DNA of 64,000 nucleotides. Source: Alphaproteobacteria bacterium. Its GTDB lineage: Bacteria > Pseudomonadota > Alphaproteobacteria > Bin95. Shown here piece after piece: positions 8,084 through 20,799 of the stretch. The notes beneath the pieces are model-generated. The model made no database searches and was not told the origin of the DNA. It saw nothing but the letters and a program-made list of their open reading frames with translations. The stretch's first letter is position 1, and every line of letters begins with the position of its first letter. A program made the position numbers and the translations under genes. Location: positions 7,874-71,873 of the forward strand of contig JAJDYL010000103.1 of the NCBI GenBank assembly GCA_022825195.1, given 5' to 3'.

Positions 8084-8355
8084 TTGCCGGTTTCTGCCAG
8101 CCGGGCCTCCAGGGCGGCCACGCGCGCTTCGAGCCGTTCCTGCTCCATGCGCGCGTTCTGCGCCATCTCCTGCACGGCCTCGAAATCCTCGCGCCGCACC
8201 AGGTCCATCGAATCGAGCATGCTCTGCAGGCGGTCGCGCACCATCGACTCCATCTCGTCGCGAACGGCGCCGGCCGCGCCGGCCGCGCCCGAGGCCACGC
8301 GGGCCAGATCGTCGAAGATTCGCTTTCCGGTTTGCATGGGTCCGACTCCGGGCAT
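8080..8355 (-). CDS. ubiK: ubiquinone biosynthesis accessory factor UbiK (YqiC-like coiled-coil protein)
   Basis: MQTGKRIFDDLARVASGAAGAAGAVRDE…LEARVAALEARL resembles the UbiK/YqiC family. Confidence 0.75.
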   Translation of the reverse strand: MPGVGPMQTGKRIFDDLARVASGAAGAAGAVRDEMESMVRDRLQSMLDSMDLVRREDFEAVQEMAQNARMEQERLEARVAALEARLAETGK

Positions 8356-8446
8356 AGCTTCTCGACCGCGCCGACAGGATGGGCCATGAAATGATGCTTG
8401 TCACGGGAGATCCTGCCGCCTTGCCAGGGCTGGCGAAGCCCCGGTC

Positions 8447-9238
8447 GTGATTCTTCCTGTCATTCCGTTCCCGGCCATCGACCCGGTCGCGGTAGAGCTG
8501 GGGCCGCTGGCGATTCGCTGGTATGCGCTGGCCTATCTCGTCGGCCTGATCGCCGGCTGGCGCCTTGCGCGCCGCCTTGCCGCCCTGCCGCCGCGGCCGA
8601 TGCGTCCCGAGCGCGTGGACGACCTGCTGGCCTGGATGGTGCTGGGCGTGGTGGCCGGGGGGCGGCTCGGCTACGTGCTGTTCTACAAGCCCGGCTACTA
8701 TCTCCAGAATCCGGGCGAGGCGCTGTTCCTGTGGCAGGGCGGCATGTCGTTCCACGGCGGCATGGCCGGCGTTGCGCTCGCAGTCTTCCTGTTCGCGCGC
8801 CGGCATGACCTGCCGTTCCTGCGGGTGGGCGATATCGTGGCGGCGGTCACCCCCCTGGGCCTGTTCCTCGGGCGGCTCGCCAATTTCGTGAACGGCGAGC
8901 TCTACGGCCGGGCGTCCGACGTCTCCTGGGCGATGGTCTTTCCCTCGGACCCGGCGCAGGTGCCGCGCCACCCGAGCCAGCTCTACGAAGCGGCGCTGGA
9001 AGGCCTGGCGCTCGGAGCGGTCATGCTGGCGCTGGCGTTCAGCGAGCGGGTGAGGGCGCGCCCCGGCCTGCTGGCGGGCGTCTTCATGCTCGGCTACGGG
9101 CTCGCGCGGTCCTTCGTCGAGTTCTTTCGCGAGCCGGACGCGCATCTCGGGTTCATCCTGGGGCCGGTCACCATGGGGCAGTTATTGTCCCTGCCGCTGA
9201 TCGTCGCCGGCCTCTTCCTGCTGGTCCGCAGGCCGTGA
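8447..9238 (+). CDS. lgt: prolipoprotein diacylglyceryl transferase
   Basis: Lgt signature, polytopic membrane protein (…QGGMSFHGGMAGV…HPSQLYEA…). Confidence 0.9.
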   Translation: MILPVIPFPAIDPVAVELGPLAIRWYALAYLVGLIAGWRLARRLAALPPRPMRPERVDDLLAWMVLGVVAGGRLGYVLFYKPGYYLQNPGEALFLWQGGMSFHGGMAGVALAVFLFARRHDLPFLRVGDIVAAVTPLGLFLGRLANFVNGELYGRASDVSWAMVFPSDPAQVPRHPSQLYEAALEGLALGAVMLALAFSERVRARPGLLAGVFMLGYGLARSFVEFFREPDAHLGFILGPVTMGQLLSLPLIVAGLFLLVRRP

Positions 9239-10242
9239 CCGCCGGCCTCGGCGCCCGCCTTGCCCGGCGCATCGGGCGCGACGGCCCGATTCCGCTTGCC
9301 GAGTTCATGGCGTTGAACAACGCGGCCTACTATGCCGGCCGCGACCCGTTCGGCCGCGGCGGCGACTTCGTGACCGCGCCCGAGGTCAGCCAGATATTCG
9401 GCGAGATCGTGGGGCTGTGGTGCGTCGATGCCTGGGAGCGGCTGGGCCGTCCCGCGGAGGTCCGGCTGATCGAGCTCGGGCCCGGCCGCGGCGTGCTGAT
9501 GGCGGATGCGCTGCGCGCCGCGCGGCTGGAGCCGGCATTCCGGCCCGAGATCCATCTGGTCGAGACCTCGCCGGCGCTGCGCGCGCTCCAGCGTTCGCAG
9601 GGCTTCGATGCGGTCTGGCACGACCGGCCGGAGACGATACCGGACGGTCCGTCCATCTGGATTGCGAACGAGTTCTTCGACGCCCTGCCCGTCCGACAGT
9701 TCGTGCGAATCGGCGGTCGCTGGCATGAACGCCTGGTGGACCGGGACGGAGACGGTTTCCGCTTCGTCGCGGGCCCGGCGCTCCGCCGCGCGGGGTCCGG
9801 CGAGGACGGCGACATTGCCGAAGTCTGCCCGGCGGCGGGCGGCATCGCCGCGACACTGGCGGCGCGTCCGGGCTACGGCCTCGCGATCGATTACGGCTAT
9901 GCGGAGGCGCAGCGCGCCGCGACCCTGCAGGCGGTCAGTGGGCATGCGCCGGTCGATCCGTTGTCCCGGCCGGGCGGAGCGGACATGAGCGCGCATGTGG
10001 ACTTCGGGGCTTTGATGCGCGCGGGCCGCGAGGCCGGCGCGGCGGTCTGGGGGCCGGTGCCGCAGGGCGAATGGCTCAAGCGCCTGGGCATCGAGGCCCG
10101 CGCCGCCCGGCTCGGCTGCCAGGACGATGCGCTGGCCCGGCTGACCGGCGGGGACGCCATGGGCCGGCTGTTCCGGGTGCTTGCCTTCGGCCCGGCGAGC
10201 GAACCCGCGCCGGCCGGGTTCTGCGACGGGGAAGGGGGATGA
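9235..10242 (+). CDS. class I SAM-dependent methyltransferase, MidA/NDUFAF7-like (DUF185)
   Basis: …DFVTAPEVSQIFGEIVGLW…IELGPGRGVLMAD…; 4-nt overlap with lgt. Confidence 0.8.
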   Translation: MTAGLGARLARRIGRDGPIPLAEFMALNNAAYYAGRDPFGRGGDFVTAPEVSQIFGEIVGLWCVDAWERLGRPAEVRLIELGPGRGVLMADALRAARLEPAFRPEIHLVETSPALRALQRSQGFDAVWHDRPETIPDGPSIWIANEFFDALPVRQFVRIGGRWHERLVDRDGDGFRFVAGPALRRAGSGEDGDIAEVCPAAGGIAATLAARPGYGLAIDYGYAEAQRAATLQAVSGHAPVDPLSRPGGADMSAHVDFGALMRAGREAGAAVWGPVPQGEWLKRLGIEARAARLGCQDDALARLTGGDAMGRLFRVLAFGPASEPAPAGFCDGEGG

Positions 10243-10994
10243 TGGAAAAGGGAGCGCTTTCCGGCCTCGAGGGCGTCGCGCATGCCTTTCTGGACCGCGG
10301 CGGCGGCGTCAGCACGGGCCTCTATGCCGGCCTCAATTGCGGCTTCGGCTCCTGCGACGACCGGGATGCGGTGAGCGAGAACCGGCGCCGCGCGCTGGCG
10401 GCGGTCGGCGCGGAGCGTCTGGCGACCCTCCACCAGGTCCACAGCGCCGAGGCTGCGATCCTGACGGAGCCCCCGAAGCGCCTCAGGGCCGACGGCATGG
10501 CCACGGACCGTCCGGGCCTTGCGCTCGGCATCCTGACGGCGGACTGCGCGCCCGTCCTGTTCGCGGACGCGCGGGCGGGCGTGGTCGGGGCCGCCCATGC
10601 CGGCTGGCGGGGCGCGCTCGCCGGCATCGCCGAATCGGTCCTGGAGCGGATGGAGTGGCTCGGCGCGCGGGCGGGGCGGACGGTGGCCGCCGTCGGCCCC
10701 TGCATCGGGCAGGAATCCTACGAGGTCGGCCCCGAGTTCCGGGCGGCGTTCGAGGCCGCGGACCCCGATAACGAACGCTGGTTCGTCCCGGCCGTGCGGC
10801 CCGGCCACTTCCGCTTCGACCTCGCGGGATATGTCGGGGCGCGGCTGGAGCGCGCGGGCCTCGCGGCGGTCTCGGTCGCCCGGGCCGATACCTGTGCCGA
10901 GGAGGAGCGCTTCTTCAGCTACCGCCGCGCCTGCCTGAGAGGCGAGACGGACTACGGACGGCAGTTGTCGCTGGTGGCGCTGCGGCCCCGCTGA
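10239..10994 (+). CDS. pgeF: peptidoglycan editing factor PgeF (YfiH/laccase-domain protein)
   Basis: …QVHSAEAAIL…TADCAPVLFADARAGVVGAAHAGWRG…; start trimmed to the ATG in the ATGA overlap with the preceding gene. Confidence 0.85.
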   Translation: MMEKGALSGLEGVAHAFLDRGGGVSTGLYAGLNCGFGSCDDRDAVSENRRRALAAVGAERLATLHQVHSAEAAILTEPPKRLRADGMATDRPGLALGILTADCAPVLFADARAGVVGAAHAGWRGALAGIAESVLERMEWLGARAGRTVAAVGPCIGQESYEVGPEFRAAFEAADPDNERWFVPAVRPGHFRFDLAGYVGARLERAGLAAVSVARADTCAEEERFFSYRRACLRGETDYGRQLSLVALRPR

Positions 10995-10997
10995 CCG

Positions 10998-13856
<2,859 letters not shown>

Positions 13857-13985
13857 GACAGGTGGGATTTTAGGCCGAACCGCAACCTTATAGAAGCCGG
13901 GGCGCGGTTCAGCCGCATTCACTCTGGCGGCGGACGCTCCGGGCCGGAGTTCCCGTCCATCGCATCTGGAGATCGGGCCCGGCGC

Positions 13986-14816
13986 ATGGCAGGCTGGGCG
14001 GCGATGACGTTCGTTTCCAACGCCCGCATGTATGCCGTCAGCCCCGCGGCCGAGGCGGAGTGGAGGAAGTTGATCGCCCATGTGGCCGGGGACGCCGGCG
14101 TGTCCTTCGACTATCTGGCCTACAAGGCGCCGCAGCCTCTCGAAGACCTCTGGCGCCGTCCTGATCTCGGCTGCGTGCAGATGTGCGGCTACCCCATCGC
14201 GCTCGGGGTCGCCGAGGTCGCGCCGCTGGCTTCGCCCGTGCCCGCCGCGCCCTGGGCGGAGGAGAAGGCGGTTTACCGGAGCGACCTGATCGTGCGGAAG
14301 GACGCGCCATACCGCACGCTTGAAGACACGTTCGGCGGCACGGTCGGCTGGACCGTCGAGCACTCGCATTCGGGCTTCAACGCGCTGCGCCATCATCTCC
14401 TGCCCTGGCTCGGCGGCGGCCGGGATCGGCTTTACCGGCAGTCGGTCGGCCATCTGGTCACGGCGCGGCGCATCCTCGACAGCGTGCTGGACGGCACGGT
14501 CGATGTCGGGCCGCTGGACGCTTACTGGCACATGCTGATGCGGAAATACGAGCCCGCGCTGACGGAGAGCGTCCGTATCCTCGACTCGACCGCGACCGCG
14601 CCGATGCCGGCCTTCGTCGCCGCACCGGCCTTGCCGGAGAAAACCGTCGCCCGGCTGCGCGAAGCCTTTGCGGCGGCGCATACGCGGCCCTGGTTCGGGC
14701 GGTTCCGCGAGGCGTTGCTGATCGACGGATTCGAGGCGGTGACGCGGGAGACGTTCGCTTCGACCCTGGATTGGGACCGGGCCGCCCGGGCCGCGGGATA
14801 TGCGGTGCCGGCGTGA
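13986..14816 (+). CDS. PhnD/SsuA-like periplasmic-binding-fold protein with no recognisable signal peptide
   Basis: MCGYP motif and PBP type-2 fold features; the N-terminus [14 protein letters not shown]… has no hydrophobic leader. Confidence 0.55.
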   Translation: MAGWAAMTFVSNARMYAVSPAAEAEWRKLIAHVAGDAGVSFDYLAYKAPQPLEDLWRRPDLGCVQMCGYPIALGVAEVAPLASPVPAAPWAEEKAVYRSDLIVRKDAPYRTLEDTFGGTVGWTVEHSHSGFNALRHHLLPWLGGGRDRLYRQSVGHLVTARRILDSVLDGTVDVGPLDAYWHMLMRKYEPALTESVRILDSTATAPMPAFVAAPALPEKTVARLREAFAAAHTRPWFGRFREALLIDGFEAVTRETFASTLDWDRAARAAGYAVPA

Positions 14817-16492
14817 TGGCGGAAACCGGCATGAGCTACGATTTCGATCTCGGTCCCTGGTCGCGCAAGGTCTCGACGAGGTCGGAGGCCGCGCAGCGCT
14901 GGTTCGACCGGGGGCTGAACTGGAACTTTGCCTTCAATCACGACGAGGCGGCCGTCTGCTACCGGCGGGCGGCGGAGGCGGACCCCGCCTGCGCCATGGC
15001 CCGGTGGGGCATCGCCCATGCGATGGGTCCCTTCTACAACCGGGCATGGATCCGCTACTCGGACGCCGAGATCGCCAAGGTGCTGCCGGCCTGCCATGAG
15101 GCGGTGGAAGCCGCGCTGGCGCTCGCCGGCGGCGCAACGCCGGCCGAACGGGCGCTCATGCAGGCGCTCGCGAAGCGCTACCGGAACGGCCATGAGAGGG
15201 ACCGCGAGGTGCTGGACGCCTGGCACCGGGACTATGCCGACGCGATGCGCGAAGCCTGCCGGGCTTATCCCGACGATCCGGACATCGCCGCGCTCTATGT
15301 CGAGGCCGCGATCACCTGCACGCCCCGCCGCCTCTGGAACCTGAAGACCGGCGAGCCCGACCCGGACGCGCGCACCATGGAGGCGATGCCGGTGCTGGAG
15401 CGCTGGATGGACCGGATCGGGCGGGGCGGCGCGATGCATCCGGGCATTCCGCACATGTATATCCACACGCTGGAAATGTCGCCCTTTCCCGAGCGCGCCC
15501 TGAACGCCGCCGACATGCTGCGCGGCTACGCGCCCGACGCGGGCCACATGGAGCACATGCCGGCGCATATCTACGTGCTCTGCGGCGACTATGCGCAGTC
15601 CGTGTCGCAAAGCGAACGCGCGGTCCGCGCCGACGACAAATATCTCACCTATGCCGGGGACGCGAACTTCTACACCACCGCCCGCTGCCACGATCTGCAC
15701 CTGTTCATGTATGCGGCCATGTTCCTCGGCCAATGCGGCAGGGCCTCCCACGCGGCCGGGCGGATCCGCAAGGTGGCAAGGTCCGAACTGATCGCACGGA
15801 GCGCGCCCTTCATGGCGTCGATCCTGGACGGCTATTCCGCCATGTGCACGCATGTCGCGGTCCGCTTCGGCCGTTGGCGCGAGCTTGCCGCGTCGCCGGG
15901 GCCGGAGGACGCCTCGCTGCGCCCGATCGGCGTCGCGATGCACGCCTACGGACAGGGGGTGGCGCATGCCGCGCTCGGCGATATCGACGCGGCGGAGGCG
16001 GCCCGGTCGGCGTTCGATGAGGCCGCCACGGCGATTCCCGAGGACGCGATCTTCCTCAGCAACACGGTGCGCGACATGCTCCGCGTCGGCGAGGCCATGC
16101 TGGAGGGCGAGCTGGAATACCGGAAAGGCAACCACGACCGCGCCTTCGCCAGCCTGAGCCTCGCGGTCGCGCGCGACGACTCGCTCAACTACACCGAGCC
16201 CTGGGCCTGGATGCATCCGCCGCGCCATGCGCTGGGCGCGCTGCTGGCCGAGCAGGGCCTGTTCCGGGAAGCCGAGGAGGTGTTCCGCGAAGACCTCGGC
16301 TACAGCCGGGGCCTGCCGCGCTGCTGCCGGCATCCCGACAATGTCTGGGCGCTGCAGGGGCTGGTCGAGTGCGTGGAGCGGGCCGGCGGCGCCGACGAGC
16401 TCCGCCTGCTGCGGCAGAGGCTGGACTTCGCAAAAGCGCGCGCCGACATTCCCATCGACAGTTCCTGCTTCTGCCGCGCCGCCGCCGCGTAG
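14816..16492 (+). CDS. hypothetical all-alpha (TPR-like) His-rich protein
   Basis: Start is an ATG that overlaps the upstream stop by 1 nt; [11 protein letters not shown] and [11 protein letters not shown] histidine clusters; I recognise no family. Confidence 0.55.
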   Translation: MAETGMSYDFDLGPWSRKVSTRSEAAQRWFDRGLNWNFAFNHDEAAVCYRRAAEADPACAMARWGIAHAMGPFYNRAWIRYSDAEIAKVLPACHEAVEAALALAGGATPAERALMQALAKRYRNGHERDREVLDAWHRDYADAMREACRAYPDDPDIAALYVEAAITCTPRRLWNLKTGEPDPDARTMEAMPVLERWMDRIGRGGAMHPGIPHMYIHTLEMSPFPERALNAADMLRGYAPDAGHMEHMPAHIYVLCGDYAQSVSQSERAVRADDKYLTYAGDANFYTTARCHDLHLFMYAAMFLGQCGRASHAAGRIRKVARSELIARSAPFMASILDGYSAMCTHVAVRFGRWRELAASPGPEDASLRPIGVAMHAYGQGVAHAALGDIDAAEAARSAFDEAATAIPEDAIFLSNTVRDMLRVGEAMLEGELEYRKGNHDRAFASLSLAVARDDSLNYTEPWAWMHPPRHALGALLAEQGLFREAEEVFREDLGYSRGLPRCCRHPDNVWALQGLVECVERAGGADELRLLRQRLDFAKARADIPIDSSCFCRAAAA

Positions 16493-16498
16493 CGCGGA

Positions 16499-17219
16499 TC
16501 AGGTCTCCAGGCCGAAGGTCTCGCGCACTTCCGCCGCCATCGCCTCCACCATCGCCGCAAGCGCAGCGCCGCCCTTCGCGGCCGTGGCGCGGGTGGGGCG
16601 GCCGACCGTGCCGGAGCGGCTGTAGGCGGCGAGGCCCCTGACGGCGAGTTGCGGGCGCTCGGCGAGTTCGTCGGCGGCGTCCTCCATGCGGACCAGTTGC
16701 GGCCAGCGGTGGAGCAGGACGGAGGTTTCGTATTCGCCGGCATGCATGTCGTCATGGACGCTCGTCTCGATGCCGGCGGCGGCGAAGGCGGCCTCCTGGA
16801 TATGCCGGCCGGGGCCCAGCCAGACGCGCGGGCCGTCGAGATTGGCCTCGCGCGCCAGATGCGCCAGCACGAGGTTGCCGCCATGCGCGTTGACGACGGC
16901 GAGCCGCTCTATGCCGGAGTGCGCAAGGCTCGCGCGGATGTCGCCGACGACGGAAGCGAGCGTGCCCGCCGCCAGCCAGACCGTGCCCGGAAAGCCCGCA
17001 TGCTCCTGCGAGCAGGAGACGGGCAGCACCGGCAGCAGCAGTCCGCCGGTCTTCTCCGCGAGGTCGGCCGCGAGCGCGCCCGCGATCAGGCTGTCGGTCG
17101 CGAGCGGCAGGTGGCTCCCATGTTGCTCGAACGCGCCCACCGGCAGCACGGCGAGTTCGGGCCGGCCGACATCGGCGGCGGTGCGGGCGAGGTGGGCTTC
17201 CGGTAGCATGCCCGCCATC
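16499..17219 (-). CDS. creatininase-family amidohydrolase
   Basis: …LPVGAFEQHGSHLPLATDSLIA…VVNAHGGN…EYETS…; trimmed from the 796-aa ORF to the MAGMLPEAH… start. Confidence 0.8.
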
Positions 17220-17239
17220 CTATCAGGAGGCGCCGCCCG

Positions 17240-18187
17240 ATGCTCCTGCCGACCTCGACGCTCTTCGAAAGCGGCCCGCTCGAACTCGAACGCGGCGGGA
17301 GGCTGGAGCGGCTCGCCGTCGCCTATGAGAGCTGGGGCCGGCTGGACGCGGACGGCGGCAATGCGATCCTGGTCGCGCACGGCTACACCTCGAACCCGCA
17401 CGCCGCCGGCCCCGGCGGCTGGTGGGAGCCGCTGATCGGGCCGGGCCGGGCCATCGATACGGACCGCTGGTGCGTCGTCTGCCCGAACATGATCGGCTCC
17501 GCCTACGGCAGCAGCGGGCCGGTCCGGGGCCGGCCCTTCCCCGACATCGAGGTGGCCGACATGGTGGCGGCGCAGGGCCGGCTGCTGGAGCATCTGGATG
17601 TGCGCCGGCTGGCGGCGGTTATCGGCTTCTCCTATGGCGGCCACCTCGCCTTCGAATGGGGCAGCCGCCATCCCGACCGGGTGCGCGCGCTCGTGCCGGT
17701 CGCAACGGGCATTGCCGGCCGGATGGGAGAGGAGCGCGCGCTGGCGCTGGAGGCGCGCTTCGCCGGCCTCGACGACCCGACGGAGGAGCTGGAGCGGCTC
17801 AGGTTCGAGACGCTGGAGCGCTACGGGGACCTCGACTGGTTCTCCGACCGGCTCGGCTCCCGCGAGGCGGGGCGGCGGGAGGTGGAGGCGCTGGCGCGGA
17901 AATGGGCGCGGGAGTTCACGCCGGAGTCGCTGGTCGTGCTGGCGCGCGCAGCCGCCCGCTTCGATGGGCGGCCGCGCACCGGCGACATTCGCGCGCCGCT
18001 GCTCTATGTGCTCTCCTGCAGCGACGCGCTGTTCCCGCCTGCGCTTGCCGAACCGACGCTCGCGCTGCTGGGCTCCAATGCTTCGTATTTCGAGATCGAC
18101 AGCCTCTACGGCCACCGCGCCCCAAGCCGCGACTGGGCCAAATGGGCGCCGACGCTGGCGGCATTCCTTCGCGAACATGCGGGTTGA
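17240..18187 (+). CDS. alpha/beta hydrolase of the homoserine O-acetyltransferase (MetX)-like family, short form
   Basis: …ILVAHGYTSNPH…GWW…VVCPNMIGSAYGSSGP…GFSYGG…; RBS AGGAGG. Confidence 0.75.
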   Translation: MLLPTSTLFESGPLELERGGRLERLAVAYESWGRLDADGGNAILVAHGYTSNPHAAGPGGWWEPLIGPGRAIDTDRWCVVCPNMIGSAYGSSGPVRGRPFPDIEVADMVAAQGRLLEHLDVRRLAAVIGFSYGGHLAFEWGSRHPDRVRALVPVATGIAGRMGEERALALEARFAGLDDPTEELERLRFETLERYGDLDWFSDRLGSREAGRREVEALARKWAREFTPESLVVLARAAARFDGRPRTGDIRAPLLYVLSCSDALFPPALAEPTLALLGSNASYFEIDSLYGHRAPSRDWAKWAPTLAAFLREHAG

Positions 18188-18202
18188 GGGCGCGCGGCGG
18201 GC

Positions 18203-18958
18203 ATGAAACCCGACTACGAACGCATTGCCGGGGATTACCGTAAGGCCCGGCCGCGATATCCGGTGCGGCTGGTCGCGCTCATCGCCGGCTGGCTGCCGGA
18301 CGGGCCGGTCGAGGTGCTGGACGCGGGCGCGGGCACCGGCATCGGGACGCGGGCGCTCGCGGGCGTTCTGGGCTCGCGGGCGTCCATCCTGGCCGTGGAG
18401 CCGAGCCCCGCCATGCGGCAGGAGGCGGAGGCTGCGCCGGGAATACGCTGGCGCGACGGCAGGGCGGAGGCGCTGCCCGCGGCCGATGAGGCCGCCGACC
18501 TCGTCTTCTCGGCGCAGGCGCTCCACTGGTTCGACCGCCCGGCCTTCTGGCAGGAATGCGGGCGGGTGCTGAAGCCGGGCGGAACGGTCGCCATCCTCTA
18601 CAACAACCGGGACTACAGGCGCGACGCCTTCGCCAGCGGCTACGAAGACCTGCTCGAACGCCACAGCCCCGGCTACCGGCGCGATTACCGTGAATTCGAC
18701 ATCCGGGGCGAGCTGGACGCGCTCGGCTGGACGGCCCTGACGCATGAGGAAAGCGAGGTCTGGACGAGGCCGATGTGCCCGGACGCCTTCATGGCGATGT
18801 CCCGCTCGTCCTCGCGGGCGCAGGCCGCGCGCGGCGCCGCCGGGGCGGAGGTGTTCGACCGCGAAGTCGAGGCGCTGATGAACCGGCATGCGAAGGCCGG
18901 CGGATCGGTCGAGGTCCTCTACCGCTGCGTGCTGACGCTTGCCGCGAAGCGGGGCTGA
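18203..18958 (+). CDS. class I SAM-dependent methyltransferase (Methyltransf_11-like)
   Basis: VLDAGAGTGIGTRAL…LKPGGTVAI. Confidence 0.85.
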   Translation: MKPDYERIAGDYRKARPRYPVRLVALIAGWLPDGPVEVLDAGAGTGIGTRALAGVLGSRASILAVEPSPAMRQEAEAAPGIRWRDGRAEALPAADEAADLVFSAQALHWFDRPAFWQECGRVLKPGGTVAILYNNRDYRRDAFASGYEDLLERHSPGYRRDYREFDIRGELDALGWTALTHEESEVWTRPMCPDAFMAMSRSSSRAQAARGAAGAEVFDREVEALMNRHAKAGGSVEVLYRCVLTLAAKRG

Positions 18959-18965
18959 GGCGGGG

Positions 18966-19553
18966 CTACAGAAGCGTTACCGTCCAGCCGGCGTCCGAGC
19001 GGTCGAAGCGGATCGGCGCCGCATTGGGCGCCAGTTCGTCGCGGAAGTCCGCACCGAGAGCCGCCATGATGGTCCGCAGGTTACCGCCATGCGCGACGAT
19101 GCAGGGGACGCCGCCGCCCGAGAGGGCATCCGCGGCCGCAGCCTTCGTGCGCGCGACGAAGGCCTCCAGCGTCTCGCCGCCGGCCGGGCGGGCGCGCCAG
19201 TCGAGCTTCAGCGCGCTCTGGCCCACCAGCTCCCCGAACAGCCGCTCGCCGAGCCGGGGCGTCGCGTTCATCGGCACGGCGAGCCCGCGCGCGACGGCCT
19301 GCGCGGTCTCGTAGGCGCGCGGATAGCTGCTGGCCTCGATCCGCGTGATGTCCCCGGCCTTAGCCAATTTCCCTGCGGCGCGCTCCGCCTGCGCCCGCCC
19401 GGCTTCGTTCAGCGGAATGACCGGGCTCTGCACGATGAAGCCGGCATTGCCGGCGGTCTCGCCGTGACGAAGAAAGTAGAACCGCCGCACCCCCGGCCGA
19501 AGCGCCGGCGGCGCGGCGGCGAGAGCGCGGAGCTCCTCGCCGCCCCGGATCAT
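18966..19553 (-). CDS. histidine phosphatase family protein (phosphoglycerate mutase-like)
   Basis: FYFLRHGET catalytic RHG motif. Confidence 0.85.
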   Translation of the reverse strand: MIRGGEELRALAAAPPALRPGVRRFYFLRHGETAGNAGFIVQSPVIPLNEAGRAQAERAAGKLAKAGDITRIEASSYPRAYETAQAVARGLAVPMNATPRLGERLFGELVGQSALKLDWRARPAGGETLEAFVARTKAAAADALSGGGVPCIVAHGGNLRTIMAALGADFRDELAPNAAPIRFDRSDAGWTVTLL

Positions 19554-19563
19554 CGCGGCCGCA

Positions 19564-20772
19564 TCAGAGAGCGCCGGCCTGCTTCAGGTCCGCCACTTCC
19601 GCTGGCGACATGTCCAGCAGTTCGCCCAGCACCGCTTCGCTGTGCTCGCCGAGCAGCGGCGCCCGCGCCACCTCCATCGTCTCGCCGCCGAAGCGCACCG
19701 GCCACGCCGGCACCACCACCGCGCCCCGGTCCGGATGCTCGACGGTCTGCATGATGCCCCGCCGGTGCATGTCCTCGCTCGAGATCAGGTCCTTGATGTC
19801 GAACACCGCGCCGGCGGGCACGCCGGCGCTGCCGATGGCCTCCATCACCTCCTGCTTCGTGCGCTCGCGCGTCCAGGCCGCGAGGTTCTCCTCGATCTCC
19901 GCCTTGTGCTCGATGCGCTTGTGTCCGTTGCAGAAGCGCGGATCGGCCAGCATGTCCTCGCGCCCGATGGCCTTGCAGACGCGCTCCCAATGGACCGTCA
20001 GGTCGCGGGCGACGAAGATGAAGCAATAGTCGTTCGGCCCGCCGCCCTTGCAGGGGAAGAGCCCGCCCGGCGCGCCCGAAGCCACGGAGTTGCCGAGCCG
20101 CGGCGCCGGTTCCTGCATCATCGGCTGGCGCGAGAAGGTGACCCGGCAGTAGTTCGTCATCGCGTCCTGCATCGCGACCTGGAGATGCTGGCCGCGCCCG
20201 GTGCGCTCGCGCTGGAAGAGCGCGGAGAGGATCGAGACGCACATGTGCAGGCCGGTGCCGGTATCGCCGATGGTGGCGCCGGGGCGGATCGGCACCCCGT
20301 CCGGCATGCCGGTGATGCTCATCACGCCGCCCGTGGCCTGCGCGATCATGTCGAAGGAGAGGTATTTGGCGTAGGGGCCGTCGGTGGCGAAGCCCTTGAC
20401 CTGCGCGAAGACGAGGCGCGGGTTGAGCTTCTGCAGCTCGTCCCAGCCGAAGCCCAGCCGCTCGATGGCGCCCGGCGCGAAATTCTCGATCAGCACGTCG
20501 GCCCTGGCGATCAGGCGGCGCAACAGGTCCTTGCCGCTCTCCTCCTTGAGGTTGCAGGTGATCGAGCGCTTGTTGCAGTTGAGCAGGATGAAATAGAGCG
20601 AATCCATGTCCGGCCGCTCGGATATGGCGAGCCGGCCCTGGTCGCCGCGCCGGGGCTCCTCGACCTTGATGACATTGGCGCCGTGCCACGCCAGCGCCTC
20701 CGTGCAGGACGGGCCTGCCTCGAATTGGGTCAGGTCGAGAACGGTAATGCCCGCCAGCGGCGCATCGCCCAT
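19564..20772 (-). CDS. CoA-transferase family III (CaiB/BaiF/Frc-like)
   Basis: …ITVLDLTQFEAGPSCTEALAWHGANVIKVE…; trimmed to MGDAPLAG…, with a GGAGGA RBS. Confidence 0.9.
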   Translation of the reverse strand: MGDAPLAGITVLDLTQFEAGPSCTEALAWHGANVIKVEEPRRGDQGRLAISERPDMDSLYFILLNCNKRSITCNLKEESGKDLLRRLIARADVLIENFAPGAIERLGFGWDELQKLNPRLVFAQVKGFATDGPYAKYLSFDMIAQATGGVMSITGMPDGVPIRPGATIGDTGTGLHMCVSILSALFQRERTGRGQHLQVAMQDAMTNYCRVTFSRQPMMQEPAPRLGNSVASGAPGGLFPCKGGGPNDYCFIFVARDLTVHWERVCKAIGREDMLADPRFCNGHKRIEHKAEIEENLAAWTRERTKQEVMEAIGSAGVPAGAVFDIKDLISSEDMHRRGIMQTVEHPDRGAVVVPAWPVRFGGETMEVARAPLLGEHSEAVLGELLDMSPAEVADLKQAGAL

Positions 20773-20799
20773 CGGTTTCCTCCTTGCTATGCTTGCCGG
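20773..20799. promoter_or_regulatory. 27-bp divergent intergenic region with nested inverted repeats (GCTTGC…GCAAGC; CCGGATG…CATCCGG) that extend into the downstream start codon
   Basis: Read directly from tatGCTTGCCGGATGatacaGCAAGCCATCCGGaatg. Confidence 0.5.

Noticed and set aside
13857-13985. SOS (LexA) box upstream of uvrA.
   Set aside because: I looked for GAAC-N7-GAAC / GTTC-N7-GTTC type alphaproteobacterial boxes. Only GAAC…GTTC with a ~28-nt spacer is present, which does not fit; no call made.
13857-14681. 5' extensions of ORF-track entries: uvrA as 1227 aa, MBL gene as 696 aa (to 9145), creatininase as 796 aa (to 18889), pgeF from 10071, Ldh from 28645, SBP from 55668, and others.
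   Set aside because: The extensions are low-complexity. Conserved family N-termini, RBSs and 4-nt overlaps with upstream stops identify the internal starts used in the feature table.
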